Virus record (IMG/VR): IMGVR_UViG_3300037067_016777
Location: 32,001-96,000 of that record
Source: a virus
Lineage: Duplodnaviria > Caudoviricetes
Reading direction: 5' to 3' (one strand)
Length of the DNA: 64,000 nucleotides
The translations under genes and the position numbers were made by a program. Positions 36,779 to 46,990 of the stretch are shown here, one piece after another. Under the pieces are notes generated by a model that saw nothing but the letters and a program-made list of their open reading frames with translations, was not told the origin of the DNA and did not search any database. Within the stretch, counting starts at the first letter, position 1. Each line of letters begins with the position of its first letter.

Positions 36779-37939
36779 GTGATGAGCATAAAGGACACAG
36801 AACATCTTGGACAGGTTTTTACGCCCCAGTCTATAGTAACTCATATGCTGACGTTGCGGCAGCGTCTTGGTACTGTTCTAGAACCAAGCGTAGGCGATGG
36901 TGCTTTCTGGCAGCATTTATGCGGTGAAGATGCAGTAGGGATTGAAGTTGACCCTAAGTATTGCCCGTCAGATTGTCTTAATATAGATTTCTTCGACTAC
37001 GATATCAGCCATCGATTTAACACAATCATAGCAAACCCTCCCTATGTCGCAGGTAAGAACATCTGCGCGTCGACTAGATCGAAGCTATCTAAGTTATTCC
37101 CATTCAAAACGAACCTTTATATCCACTTCATAGCTAAATGTCTTGCACATCTCAATAGGTATGGTGAGTTAATAGTTATCACTCCACGCGATTTCATTAA
37201 ACTCACGCTCGCGGCCCCTATTAATAACTTGATGTCTTCAACCGGTTACATAACACATTGGCTCGAATTCGGTGAAGACAATCCTTTCACAGGCCCGACT
37301 GCACACAATCTTGTAATATGGAGATTTGAAAAAGATTACACTGGACATCAACTGACATTCGTGAATGATTCTATCAGAAGGATGGTTAACTCGAACGGTC
37401 AGCTGATGTTTGTGTCGGCCGATTATTCTGTTCCGTTTTCAGAATTATTTTATGTGAAGGTTGGTGCTGTTAGCGGTGCCGACAAGGTATTTGTTGATGA
37501 AAAGGGTAATCTTGATATAGTTTATTCTGGTACAGCTAGAACTGGCAAGACAAGAAAGGTCTATTATGACCATTTTGATGATCATTTGCTTGAATCAAAA
37601 GAGCGGCTAAAGACTAGACGGATCAGAAAATTCAATGACGAGAATTGGTTTAAGTGGGGACGCTCGCTTTGCGCTGATAATTCTGACAGGATCTACGTCA
37701 ATTGCAAGACACGTAGTAGTAGACCATTCTTCTTGCATCAGTGTAAGAACTTCGATGGTGCAGTATTGGCTGTGTTCCCGAAGAAAAAGATGAATTTACA
37801 AAAAGCCTGTGGCATGCTGAATGATGTTGATTGGCACGATCTCGGCTTTAGTTATGGTGGTAGATTCATTTTCAACCAGAGGGCATTAGAGAATTCATTA
37901 CTACCAGCCGACTTGGCTGCTGGGGTCTTAAATGGGTAG
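36779..37939 (+). CDS. amino (N6-adenine) DNA methyltransferase, gamma class
   Basis: GQVFTP, LEPSVGDG, IANPPY. Confidence 0.9.
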   Translation: MMSIKDTEHLGQVFTPQSIVTHMLTLRQRLGTVLEPSVGDGAFWQHLCGEDAVGIEVDPKYCPSDCLNIDFFDYDISHRFNTIIANPPYVAGKNICASTRSKLSKLFPFKTNLYIHFIAKCLAHLNRYGELIVITPRDFIKLTLAAPINNLMSSTGYITHWLEFGEDNPFTGPTAHNLVIWRFEKDYTGHQLTFVNDSIRRMVNSNGQLMFVSADYSVPFSELFYVKVGAVSGADKVFVDEKGNLDIVYSGTARTGKTRKVYYDHFDDHLLESKERLKTRRIRKFNDENWFKWGRSLCADNSDRIYVNCKTRSSRPFFLHQCKNFDGAVLAVFPKKKMNLQKACGMLNDVDWHDLGFSYGGRFIFNQRALENSLLPADLAAGVLNG

Positions 37940-38729
37940 ACACGTAAGAAAAAGCAAGCAGTGTGCTTTCTTCACTAAACCAGAGATAGCAAAACAGCTA
38001 ATCGATGAGGCACATACCGAGCGTTTCAAGCTTATCGTTGAACCATCTGCTGGTGATGGGTCATTCTCAAGACAGATTGAAGGATATCAATGGGCTCTTG
38101 ATATAGACCCGAAGCACCCATCAATAGTCAAGTGCGACTTCTTGAAATTTCAATATAAAGGTGAAATCGACCGCAAAGACATACTATGTATAGGTAATCC
38201 TCCGTTTGGTCCCAACGGCTCACTTGCACTAGCTTTCATTAAGAAATGTGCTGAGATAGCTGATACTATCGCATTTATCTTGCCGTTATCATACAAGAAA
38301 GAGAGTATGCAGGCGAGAATACCAGCGAATTATCATTTGGCAAAGCAGATCGATCTGCCATTAGAGAATGCGTTGCTCGATGGCGAACCGCAAGAAGTAC
38401 CGGTTGTGTTTCAGATTTGGGAAAATAAGTGGTATCTTCGGCCAAAACCTGTCTATATTCAACCAATCGGCTTCTCTTATGTGAAAAGAGATCAAGCGCA
38501 CTTTTGTGTCAGGCGGGTCGGAATGCGTGCTGGCAAAGCGTCTCGTGAATTATCGCCATCCATTACTGCACACTATTATATCAGACTTGATTTGGATAAT
38601 GTCGTCTGGGTTGATACGGCAATACAACAACTTAATATGGTGAAATGGGAGCATAATAACACGGTAGGTCAGAGGTCAATATCGAAGAATGAGTTAACTA
38701 GAGTATTAATTCCGATATTGATGCTTTAA
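37932..38729 (+). CDS. amino DNA methyltransferase
   Basis: FFTKP, VEPSAGDGSF, IGNPPFG. Confidence 0.85.
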   Translation: MGRHVRKSKQCAFFTKPEIAKQLIDEAHTERFKLIVEPSAGDGSFSRQIEGYQWALDIDPKHPSIVKCDFLKFQYKGEIDRKDILCIGNPPFGPNGSLALAFIKKCAEIADTIAFILPLSYKKESMQARIPANYHLAKQIDLPLENALLDGEPQEVPVVFQIWENKWYLRPKPVYIQPIGFSYVKRDQAHFCVRRVGMRAGKASRELSPSITAHYYIRLDLDNVVWVDTAIQQLNMVKWEHNNTVGQRSISKNELTRVLIPILML

Positions 38730-39520
38730 TCTTTCTCTTGCGATATTAACTTACGGATAAATGTGCCGTATGCATCCTTCATCGGTAATTCAAGTTCTCG
38801 ACGTAGCCACCTACGGCTCACCACCACCGGCTGTTGTGTGGCTTTGTTGATAGCGTGTTTTTCGTATTCCTGCCAATAGACACCTACACCGCGTTTTTGC
38901 CAACTCGGCAAGTCGTTGAAGTTGATATTGTGGTCGAATAGTAACTCGTTCTTTTGTGCGACAGTGAGACCGAGCATCTCAGACGTTGCTTTTTTCGCAC
39001 TTCTACCAGCGTTTCGAAGGCACCAGTAGCAATGCGAATTTAGTGCATTCCGACAGGCATCCTCGTTTCGCCAGCGGAAGTAATCGACGATCAGTGTTGT
39101 GGTCGGGAGCTCGGAGATTCTGCAATCGAAAGCAACTGTGTCCTTGCCGGTCGTCGCCGGAAAAAGGCCGATCAACAACGACGTGAATATCGAACTCGCT
39201 TCACTGGCCAGGACGGAAGTCAATTTACGGATCTTCCTGCCGAAGGTTTGCTCATTCAATGCGAAAAGCAGCGAAATCTCATCGCTCTCCGTGTAGCCAT
39301 AGGTGATATCAAAGCCACACTTCATCAGATGTTCAGTGGTGCTGATCATCATATCACGAAATGTAATGTCAAAAGGTACGTCGAACCTGCCGCCCTCCTT
39401 CGTCAGCCGTGTGAAGCTACGCCCGTCAAGCCGAGCGACCATACGAACACCGGGAAGGACGCAATAGTCGTGTGCTGTCTCAAACACACGCATCTTAGTG
39501 TCGAGGTCATCGAACTTCAT
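38726..39520 (-). CDS. thg1: Thg1-like tRNA(His) guanylyltransferase / 3'-5' polymerase
   Basis: RLDGRSFTRLT, GYTESDEISL, AFDCR, DYFRWR..DA.RN, INFNDLP.WQKRG. Confidence 0.92.
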   Translation of the reverse strand: MKFDDLDTKMRVFETAHDYCVLPGVRMVARLDGRSFTRLTKEGGRFDVPFDITFRDMMISTTEHLMKCGFDITYGYTESDEISLLFALNEQTFGRKIRKLTSVLASEASSIFTSLLIGLFPATTGKDTVAFDCRISELPTTTLIVDYFRWRNEDACRNALNSHCYWCLRNAGRSAKKATSEMLGLTVAQKNELLFDHNINFNDLPSWQKRGVGVYWQEYEKHAINKATQQPVVVSRRWLRRELELPMKDAYGTFIRKLISQEKD

Positions 39521-39532
39521 TACTTCTCCAAA

Positions 39533-41179
39533 TTATTCCAATTGAACAAACTCGTAGGCGTCAAGGCATTCATTGAGCGTACACCACTTCGAACCATCGC
39601 TTATGGATAGTATCTTTTCGTCTCTCCAAGCACCTTCTGGGTCATTCGGAATAAACACGGCAGCAACGCATTGGCCGTTCTTTTCGAGTAGGTCTCGTAG
39701 TTCGCTTAATGCTTGAACCTTAGTGCAATCTTGTTTCATGACCAGCTTAAGGTGCATCGGCTTTGCGACTATTTTGAATCGCTCAAACACATCAGCACCT
39801 TGCATAAATTTCGTTATGCGTTCGTCACCAAAAACAGCAACAACAACCAATTCACGCATTATACCCTCCTAGTACTCCATCTGGCAAAATGCTTAATGGT
39901 ACAATTGCCATCTACCCACGTTTTACGAATAAAGCGTCCGGTTTTCCTTTCACGCACTAACTTAACGTAAGCGAGGTCTGTCGGTTTATAACCATGTTTG
40001 GGAGACCAAAAGAACACAACACGACGATATGTACCATTGATACAACGATATATATCATCAACTTTTATATCGCTAGGTTTCATATATCACCTTCAAGATT
40101 ACTTCACAGGGGTGAAAATTAACGATATATTTTTAGATCTGCAGTTTGGGCAATAAGCTGGTTTTGACGTCTTCCTTGATTTCCACTCATAGCCACAATC
40201 ATTACATTTCATACCACCAGCCCACACAGTTAGGTGTGTCTTTTCACCGCCCCAAAAAATTCGTCTGATCAGCAACATCAAGGGAAGTATTATAGAAATT
40301 AAAAAAGCATTCACATCTATCTCCGCATTCAATCGTTACCAAACACCCACAAGTGATCGAACTCGGCAGCAGCCATTGCTGGTGTGTCGCCGGTTGCTGA
40401 TACTCCATCGAGTTCCATTACCCAATGATCGTCGACTTGCTTGATGCTAATGCCTGGCTGATGTGATGGCCGTTGGAATTCTTTGTAGTGTTGTATTGCA
40501 AGTTGGGCCATCCTTAATCGTTCTGCACACTCTGCTTGCTCTGATTGTATTCTCGTCCTCATTGCATCAACGCTTAGCAGTGCTGCATCGCGGTTGATCT
40601 CAGCAACTTCACGCTCCAATTCAGTACGGCGTAAAGATTCACCTGCTGATTTCAGCGAAATCTCTTCCATACGCTTCTGGAAGTCCGAGTAGCTGCTCGT
40701 TCCGAGCATTTTTGCAAATTTGTCTAACCGCTCTTCGGCCGCTGTGAGAATAGGGTCATATTGTGAATCTTGGTTTTGCGGCATTTCGCTCTTTCTGTGA
40801 TTGGCAGAATCTATGGATTTAATTCGGATAAAATACGGTCTGCGTCTTGTATGCATTCCGCCATCGCATCCATATGCATCTTCTTGTAGAATGCGTAATC
40901 TTTGACGATTAACTTGATGAGCGATATGGCGTGGCTATTAACCATCGTTCCACCTGTAATCTCGCCTCTCGTCGGCGAAATCGTCAGGGTTGCAAATTGT
41001 CGCTTGCCTCTGTTGCACCGCAAATCGATATAGGCTTCTACCGATATATTACAGAATGCAGCGGCACCAGTGGGGAGGCGGCGCGGTGTGCGTATGACTA
41101 GTTTGATGTGTAGCGGCCCTAATGTTTCCTCTACACATCGCTTGACACCACGACAAAATTCTGGTGCGGTCATGCTCAT
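39533..41179 (-). CDS. run of five small hypothetical genes (40811-41179, 40329-40784, 40099-40332, 39859-40083, 39533-39859)
   Basis: contiguous co-oriented ORFs; 40099-40332 has a TM helix plus a C4 zinc ribbon. Confidence 0.6.
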
Positions 41180-41601
41180 GTGAATAACGTCCCTTCCATC
41201 TTACGCCGTCGTGCTTCTCCGAGACTAATGCTGAGTTCGGCAGCGATTTGCTTCATGCTCATTCCAGCAAACCTATGATCGCCCGGAGCGTTTTTTGGAG
41301 TACCATTCAGACGAATCTCTTCGTCGTGTGCTTTCTTCCATGAGATATAGGCTGAATGGTAATTTTGGAATGCTACGCACTTGGGACCTTTTCGTTCCCA
41401 TACTGGACAACCTGCACATGGATTACGCCCAGTTAATCCCATTAATGCGTAGAACATTTGTCTGAGTGAATCTGCCTCGGCTTGAATGCAGCCGTCAGAT
41501 TTCAACTGATCGAAGTCGGCACTTAGTGTTCCGACAGGCGGTAAGTACCTACTGTCTCTGAATCGTTCCTTACTTTGTGGAAAAGCTTGTTCTAATAGCA
41601 T
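41176..41601 (-). CDS. hypothetical protein with C-terminal HTH
   Basis: CAGC...C motif; GMSMKQIAAELSISLGEARRR. Confidence 0.65.
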   Translation of the reverse strand: MLLEQAFPQSKERFRDSRYLPPVGTLSADFDQLKSDGCIQAEADSLRQMFYALMGLTGRNPCAGCPVWERKGPKCVAFQNYHSAYISWKKAHDEEIRLNGTPKNAPGDHRFAGMSMKQIAAELSISLGEARRRKMEGTLFT

Positions 41602-41669
41602 TTATTTCTCGTGCTATAATTGATGTACTTCGGCCCTATCAATTATAGCACGAGAAATAAATGCTATTA
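41593..41669. repeat. 32-bp perfect inverted repeat made of face-to-face promoter copies
   Basis: 41593-41624 is the reverse complement of 41638-41669, with a 13-nt loop. Confidence 0.9.
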
Positions 41670-41698
41670 ACTTGGCCTTCTACTGGCTATCTCTAACA

Positions 41699-42251
41699 CT
41701 ATTTTCGAGTGCTAGCTAATTCCGATAAGACGTGTTCCTTGAACGTCTCGCGTTCGTTTTCATCTTCGATCACGACATCGGCTAGTATACACATCTGTAT
41801 TTCTGTTAGATTTTTTAATTCCTCCTCCGATGGTATATATGGCACCCGACGATCACGCCAATGCCTCTTACATATCGTACGCGATATCAAATATTGTCTT
41901 GTGTTATATAGCCAACTTAGTCCTCTGTGCCGCAGCTTACCTTTTTTATCGATCGGCTCTTCATAGAACCGCTGAATTTTAATGGCTGTTCGGAGTCGCA
42001 TCGAGCAGAACCTTAACTTTTTTCGGGGTCGCACCATCAATCAGGCCGGTACGGTCGATGACATCATTTAATATCTGCCTGATTTCTCTGTATTCAGAAG
42101 TCTGTCTAAATGTTATTCTGTCTGCTCTAGTTGGATATGCGACAGCCACTATTCCATTCACCGGATTGAACAGTGCATTTGATAAGTCTGCCCAAGTCTC
42201 AGCAGATCGGGCTAAAATTTTTGCAGTTTCAACTATCTGGTTGGATGTCAT
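41699..42251 (-). CDS. two hypothetical genes (41979-42251, 41699-~42001)
   Basis: overlapping co-oriented ORFs. Confidence 0.55.
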
Positions 42252-42288
42252 TATCTTTCCTAGATAACACGAATCTGATCAGCTAATT

Positions 42289-43482
42289 CTATTGACCATT
42301 TATTTCAATCGCCTCCTCTAATGGATACCATGATAGCTCGCTCATTTGCCGGTCGGCGTAGGTTGGACCTCTGCCGGTGACGACAACAGGGGCCAATATT
42401 TGTCGAATCATCTTCTTGAGTTCGACGTAGTCGACGTGTTTAGTCTCGCCATTTAGGACGGGAATCAAGCGATTCATGTGGTCAATACAACTCAAAGAGA
42501 TGCTGTGTAATTGTCCGCCTAAAGCTGCCTTCGAATAAGCCAAGACATTCAAATCGAGCATACCATATCGTATACGTCCCTGCCATTCATTTGGCGGATT
42601 GCCGACGTCGATGTTTAGTGCATCGGACATCATATTCTGGTCATGTGATAAGAACGTCCCCGCACCATGGCGTGTCATATAAGGCCGGATACAACCCATG
42701 ACGTTGACTTCAGTATCCGACCCTCGCAACAATTCACCGGCATGCTTCAACGTAACGGTCGACCAAGTAGTGTGGGGATGATAGCCGTGATTCTCGTCGA
42801 GAAGTATACCCTGGGCACCCTCAAAGACAGCCATCTTGAATTCTGGCATCTTCTCGACGACGTTGATCTTGAGTGAAGCGTCTATTAGATGGATGTAGAG
42901 CGAATCTGGATCAAGACATTCGCCTACCGGCATACCAGCCTGCTTGGATGCCCATTGCTGAATCTTCTTCAATTTGTCAATAGCAGCCTTGCGTCCGTTG
43001 TAGGATAGAACTCGCAAATCCTTCATGTGTAAAGCGTCGTCTGGGTGAAGGATAGAATGCTCGCGTGTCGCACCTATCCCAAGGCCACAAGACCCATGCC
43101 TATCATCGCCCCTCTTACATTCCAGGGTTCTGTTCAACGATTGATGATAAGGCGTTGTAATAAGGCATTCTTGGTCGACGCTCAACAGCTTCCATGGATT
43201 CAAACCAAGTTCAGCAAGATGTTTTGCCTCATTGACCATGAAAAATGGTGAGATGATGACGTTTGGACCTATGTAGCTCGGCACATGGTGTAATGAGCCG
43301 GAGCCGAATTGGCTAAATGTGTGATGTGTACCGTTTGGTAGAATTACATTATGTGCAGCTTGGCATCCACCACAATAGCGAACAACAAGGTCGGCGTGCA
43401 ACTCTCGACACAAATAGTCACAAGTGGCCCCCTTGCACTCATCCCCGAATCCCATGCCGACAGTGATGACAGCTTTTCTCAC
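42289..43482 (-). CDS. divergent adenylosuccinate synthetase (PurA)-like protein
   Basis: GMGFGDECKG, RYCGGCQAAHNV, GSCGLGIG, FEGAQGILLD, YMTRHGAG; GTG start. Confidence 0.88.
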   Translation of the reverse strand: MRKAVITVGMGFGDECKGATCDYLCRELHADLVVRYCGGCQAAHNVILPNGTHHTFSQFGSGSLHHVPSYIGPNVIISPFFMVNEAKHLAELGLNPWKLLSVDQECLITTPYHQSLNRTLECKRGDDRHGSCGLGIGATREHSILHPDDALHMKDLRVLSYNGRKAAIDKLKKIQQWASKQAGMPVGECLDPDSLYIHLIDASLKINVVEKMPEFKMAVFEGAQGILLDENHGYHPHTTWSTVTLKHAGELLRGSDTEVNVMGCIRPYMTRHGAGTFLSHDQNMMSDALNIDVGNPPNEWQGRIRYGMLDLNVLAYSKAALGGQLHSISLSCIDHMNRLIPVLNGETKHVDYVELKKMIRQILAPVVVTGRGPTYADRQMSELSWYPLEEAIEINGQ

Positions 43483-43510
43483 TTACCATTGTCTCCATGG
43501 TAAATAGGGT

Positions 43511-44248
43511 ATGGATATTACAGATATAGAATATTGTCCCAAGTGTGGCATAGTCCCAGTCAAGCGTAAGGGAAGATTTAAGGCTTTGGTGCCTTGTGAT
43601 GGTTGTCGCGAAGAGAATAGAAAACATAGGAATGCAAGACGTGCTGAACGGCGCAGATCACTAGAGGTCAAATCGCACCGCAACGCTGCAGATGTCAGGT
43701 ATCCAAACAAGGTGATACCATTAGAGGTTACTTGTGATTTCTGCCACAAACCTTTCATCAAGACAGATAGACAATCTGGTAGGTTGGCTTGTACTAAATG
43801 TCGTTCTCTCAAAAAAGATGAACTGCGCAGGAAGAAAATCGAACTAATAAGAGCCAAATATTGGAAAGACCCTGCAGCAGCCAAAAGAAAGCGATTAGCC
43901 AACACTCTGAGGCATATGGGTCTTAGTATAGAATGGTATGATGCGCAACCAAAAGTATGTGCGATTTGTGGAACTGATGACCCAGGTGAAAAAGGTTGGC
44001 AACTAGACCATGACCACGACTGTTGCCCATATGGTACTCGACAAGGCTGCGCTAAATGCATACGCGGCTTGTTGTGTACTAAATGTAATCGTGGGATTGG
44101 GTTTTTCAATGAAGACACCGACCGTATGCTTTCTGCAATCGCTTATATCAAGAAACACAAGCGATTGCTAGCCTCCCGATTAAAGGAGGCTAGCAGTCGC
44201 CACGATGTTAGACCCTCGCCAATCCGGTTCCGGAAACAGAACCCTTGA
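43511..44248 (+). CDS. endonuclease VII-type HNH (putative homing) endonuclease
   Basis: CAIC...LDHDH...IRGLLC..CNRGIG.F; N-terminal zinc fingers; lies on the opposite strand within an operon. Confidence 0.85.
   Translation: MDITDIEYCPKCGIVPVKRKGRFKALVPCDGCREENRKHRNARRAERRRSLEVKSHRNAADVRYPNKVIPLEVTCDFCHKPFIKTDRQSGRLACTKCRSLKKDELRRKKIELIRAKYWKDPAAAKRKRLANTLRHMGLSIEWYDAQPKVCAICGTDDPGEKGWQLDHDHDCCPYGTRQGCAKCIRGLLCTKCNRGIGFFNEDTDRMLSAIAYIKKHKRLLASRLKEASSRHDVRPSPIRFRKQNP
44161..44200. terminator. 16-bp hairpin just downstream of the vWA gene
   Basis: GCGATTGCTAGCCTCC / GGAGGCTAGCAGTCGC. Confidence 0.55.
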
Positions 44249-45197
44249 CCAACTTGCGACCAGCCGAGTCGGCCAGTGGCACGAGTGCTTTGGTGATTGA
44301 AGCACGTCGGTCCTTCGAGACACCGGCGTCATCAAGGTTGCGGCCAACCGAATCGAGGTCATAGCCCTCGGCAAGGCTGATCGTACTTGCGATGACCTCG
44401 CTGATGGCATCGGGGTCATCGAGACGGAGAACTTGCTGACCGAGCAATTTCTGCCAGCCTTCCAACAACCACGGGGCGTCGTAATGGTTAGTGCCCTTCG
44501 GAATCAGGAAGTAGACGTCATACATCGTCTGCAATTCTTCCATAATCGTCTCGACGGGGATGTTCTCCTGCAGTGTGTCGCCGATAAGCCGTTTGACTTC
44601 TTCGGCCTTCACTTGCGGATAGTACAACTCGTCGCCGGTCAGGAAGAGGTAGCCCTTCTTGTTCCGCTTCTCGAAGCAATCGAGAGCCGTATGCCGGGCC
44701 ATGAAGTACATAGCCAACTCATAGCTCTCGGTATTCTGCCCGCCGCCAGCCCCTTCCAGGTAAATGTTGGTCAGGCAGTCTTCGATCTCGATTCCCGATT
44801 CGAATTGGCCGACTTGTAGCGGTGCGACTTCGCCGCCACCGCTCGCATCGCCGAAAGCGCCGATCAGGACTTGCGGATGTTCGACGACGCCCTTCCGCAT
44901 CAGAAGACCCATCAATTGCGGGAGTGCGGTCTGGAATTGCACCGGGACTCGTGCCATGGAGCCGGTTTCGTCGAAGAACACGCCGATAGCCAAGCTCGTC
45001 GGGTGTGCATCACTATCGCGGCTTTCACGGAATTTCACTCCGAACGGGTTGAGGCTGTCGTGCACTTTGCGGGCACTGACAGGGGCCGATCTCATCGCAC
45101 TGTCATATGCGAAGGTTGGCTTGCCGGTTGCGGCTCGCACTGTAGCACGATCTTTGTAATGGTCGTTAGACCAACTGGTACCACCCATAGTAATCAC
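44208..45197 (-). CDS. vWA-domain protein
   Basis: MIDAS-type FDETGSM, GGGQNTESY, FLTGDE. Confidence 0.85.
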   Translation of the reverse strand: MITMGGTSWSNDHYKDRATVRAATGKPTFAYDSAMRSAPVSARKVHDSLNPFGVKFRESRDSDAHPTSLAIGVFFDETGSMARVPVQFQTALPQLMGLLMRKGVVEHPQVLIGAFGDASGGGEVAPLQVGQFESGIEIEDCLTNIYLEGAGGGQNTESYELAMYFMARHTALDCFEKRNKKGYLFLTGDELYYPQVKAEEVKRLIGDTLQENIPVETIMEELQTMYDVYFLIPKGTNHYDAPWLLEGWQKLLGQQVLRLDDPDAISEVIASTISLAEGYDLDSVGRNLDDAGVSKDRRASITKALVPLADSAGRKLVKGSVSGTGLARV

Positions 45198-45224
45198 TCC
45201 ATAAGTTAAAGGAACACGGGTTAA

Positions 45225-46229
45225 TTACATCGGTAAAGCGTCGTATCGTGGAGGTCCGTAGACCTTCTTGAGCAGATGTTTCCATTCGTCAAGCAATTTC
45301 CAAGCGTCTTGTGGTCTTTGCAACGGCTTCGGATTGATACACGATTCCAAAAACACAACCAACTGCGATGGAATTTCACCGTGTTTGTGTTGCTTGCACA
45401 TTTCCAACATCGTCTTTGACGCTAGATAAATATCGAGGCTTGGCGTTGCCGGATATTGTTTTGTGATTTCTGGTTTTGGATACCATGCCTTGTGAGACAA
45501 TGGCGCAACAGAAAGTTTCTGTTCCATCCGGCAGCAGCTTGCCCAACTTATCAATTTGCAGCCGCGATTGACGTTGTTGAACAACAAATGCATCGGCAGT
45601 GGTGCACAATGCATATAGTTGATTGCGTGAACGAAGCCAAGGATGGTGAGTGTCCGGTTGAACATCCACGCAATATGTCTGCCGCCAACACCGTTTGGAT
45701 ACTTCGCCATGTACTCATTGACGGTGTAGAATCCATCATAATGCTGCTGAACTGCGACCAATAATTCATTGTGCGTGAAAAGATCAATCGGCTTGGCTAC
45801 ATATTCGCTATACTTTCGATCACCGGCCTGTACACGTATATCATCCAAAATTTTGGATTCTTTTTCGATGTACTCATTCGCCTCTTTAACGTGGGCGACC
45901 TTGAGGATGACAGGTTTCGAATCGCTGCCTTTCTTCCGTGTGGCGAGATAAACTTTTGAGACTTCGCCACTACCAAGCTGCGGACCAAGATGGTATTCGA
46001 AATCCGGAGAAGTCCAGATTGTCGGTGGTATCTTCAATTCTTCATGGCGTTTTTCAAGCAGCGTGAAGACGTCTTTCGCGTGTTCTTTTACATCATCGGT
46101 GCTGGACGCGAATCGGTCTGGGTGGCATATTAATGCCCATTCTCGATAAGTCTTGTCTGGGTCGTCGCCGAACAGGTCTTGTGCGGTTTTAGCCGACTTT
46201 AGTAGTGCTTCGAGTTGATTTAAGTTCAT
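45225..46229 (-). CDS. J-domain-like plus Ser/Thr pseudokinase fusion
   Basis: YREWALICHPDRF; GSGEVSKVY, VILKV; catalytic loop HCAPLPMH and ISW in place of HRD and DFG. Confidence 0.8.
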   Translation of the reverse strand: MNLNQLEALLKSAKTAQDLFGDDPDKTYREWALICHPDRFASSTDDVKEHAKDVFTLLEKRHEELKIPPTIWTSPDFEYHLGPQLGSGEVSKVYLATRKKGSDSKPVILKVAHVKEANEYIEKESKILDDIRVQAGDRKYSEYVAKPIDLFTHNELLVAVQQHYDGFYTVNEYMAKYPNGVGGRHIAWMFNRTLTILGFVHAINYMHCAPLPMHLLFNNVNRGCKLISWASCCRMEQKLSVAPLSHKAWYPKPEITKQYPATPSLDIYLASKTMLEMCKQHKHGEIPSQLVVFLESCINPKPLQRPQDAWKLLDEWKHLLKKVYGPPRYDALPM

Positions 46230-46978
46230 TTATTCTTTTTCTTGCTTGGCTCTTTACGGAAGCTGAATCTATCAAATCCTTTAATACTAACCATATCCTT
46301 ATCTGATGGTACCGGTATTGGATTCTGCGGAATGGCAAGCCCGCCAAGAAACATAGCAATTTCTTGGTAAGTAGTGACGGGATCTTGTACCTTGAAGAAT
46401 TTGAACGCTTTCAAAGAGCAATTATAACAAACGTACCAACCGTCATGGCGAGATTCGATTGCCCATATCGGATATTGTGTGAACAGTAAGCGAACCTTGT
46501 CTGCTTTGTTCTCTCTATTCCATTCTGTGAAGAAAGTTTCGAATTCTGCACGTCTCGTCGAAATTGAGTACCGCCGAGAAAATGGGTCTCGCCTCTTCGA
46601 CGCTGTCGCCCCGTTGAATATATCTTGCACTTTCCTGTTGCATTTAGTCTTGATTACCTTGTCGATATCAGCAAGGCTGTAGCAGAAGGCTTCACAATCC
46701 TTTTCTAGGGTATTTGGATACTGCCAAAACAATTGAAAGCAAGGATATACTTTCCCAGCTACGCCGATGACGTAGAATCGCATACCAGTCGGTAGTTCAC
46801 CAATTCTTGTATATCCTCGATGGGCGTCGACGTCTGGTAGAGGGAATGGTGCTCGTTTTGTTTTGAGTTCGGTTGCTAGCGGGAAGTCGATCTTTTTGCG
46901 GACATAGACAAGTTCTTGGTCTTGCCCGAAGGCTTGAGCACAATCGTAATAATCGTGGAAGTCAGATTTTATCCGCAT
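46226..46978 (-). CDS. conserved large-phage hypothetical protein
   Basis: MRIKSDFHDYYD...YQEIAMFLG...KGFD..SFRK. Confidence 0.7.
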   Translation of the reverse strand: MRIKSDFHDYYDCAQAFGQDQELVYVRKKIDFPLATELKTKRAPFPLPDVDAHRGYTRIGELPTGMRFYVIGVAGKVYPCFQLFWQYPNTLEKDCEAFCYSLADIDKVIKTKCNRKVQDIFNGATASKRRDPFSRRYSISTRRAEFETFFTEWNRENKADKVRLLFTQYPIWAIESRHDGWYVCYNCSLKAFKFFKVQDPVTTYQEIAMFLGGLAIPQNPIPVPSDKDMVSIKGFDRFSFRKEPSKKKNK

Positions 46979-46990
46979 TTGTGACTACCC

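Noticed and set aside
42289-43482. PurZ (2-aminoadenine DNA pathway)
   Set aside because: The catalytic position is Asp (GDECKG) as in PurA, not the Ser of PurZ, and the gene context is vWA/pseudokinase
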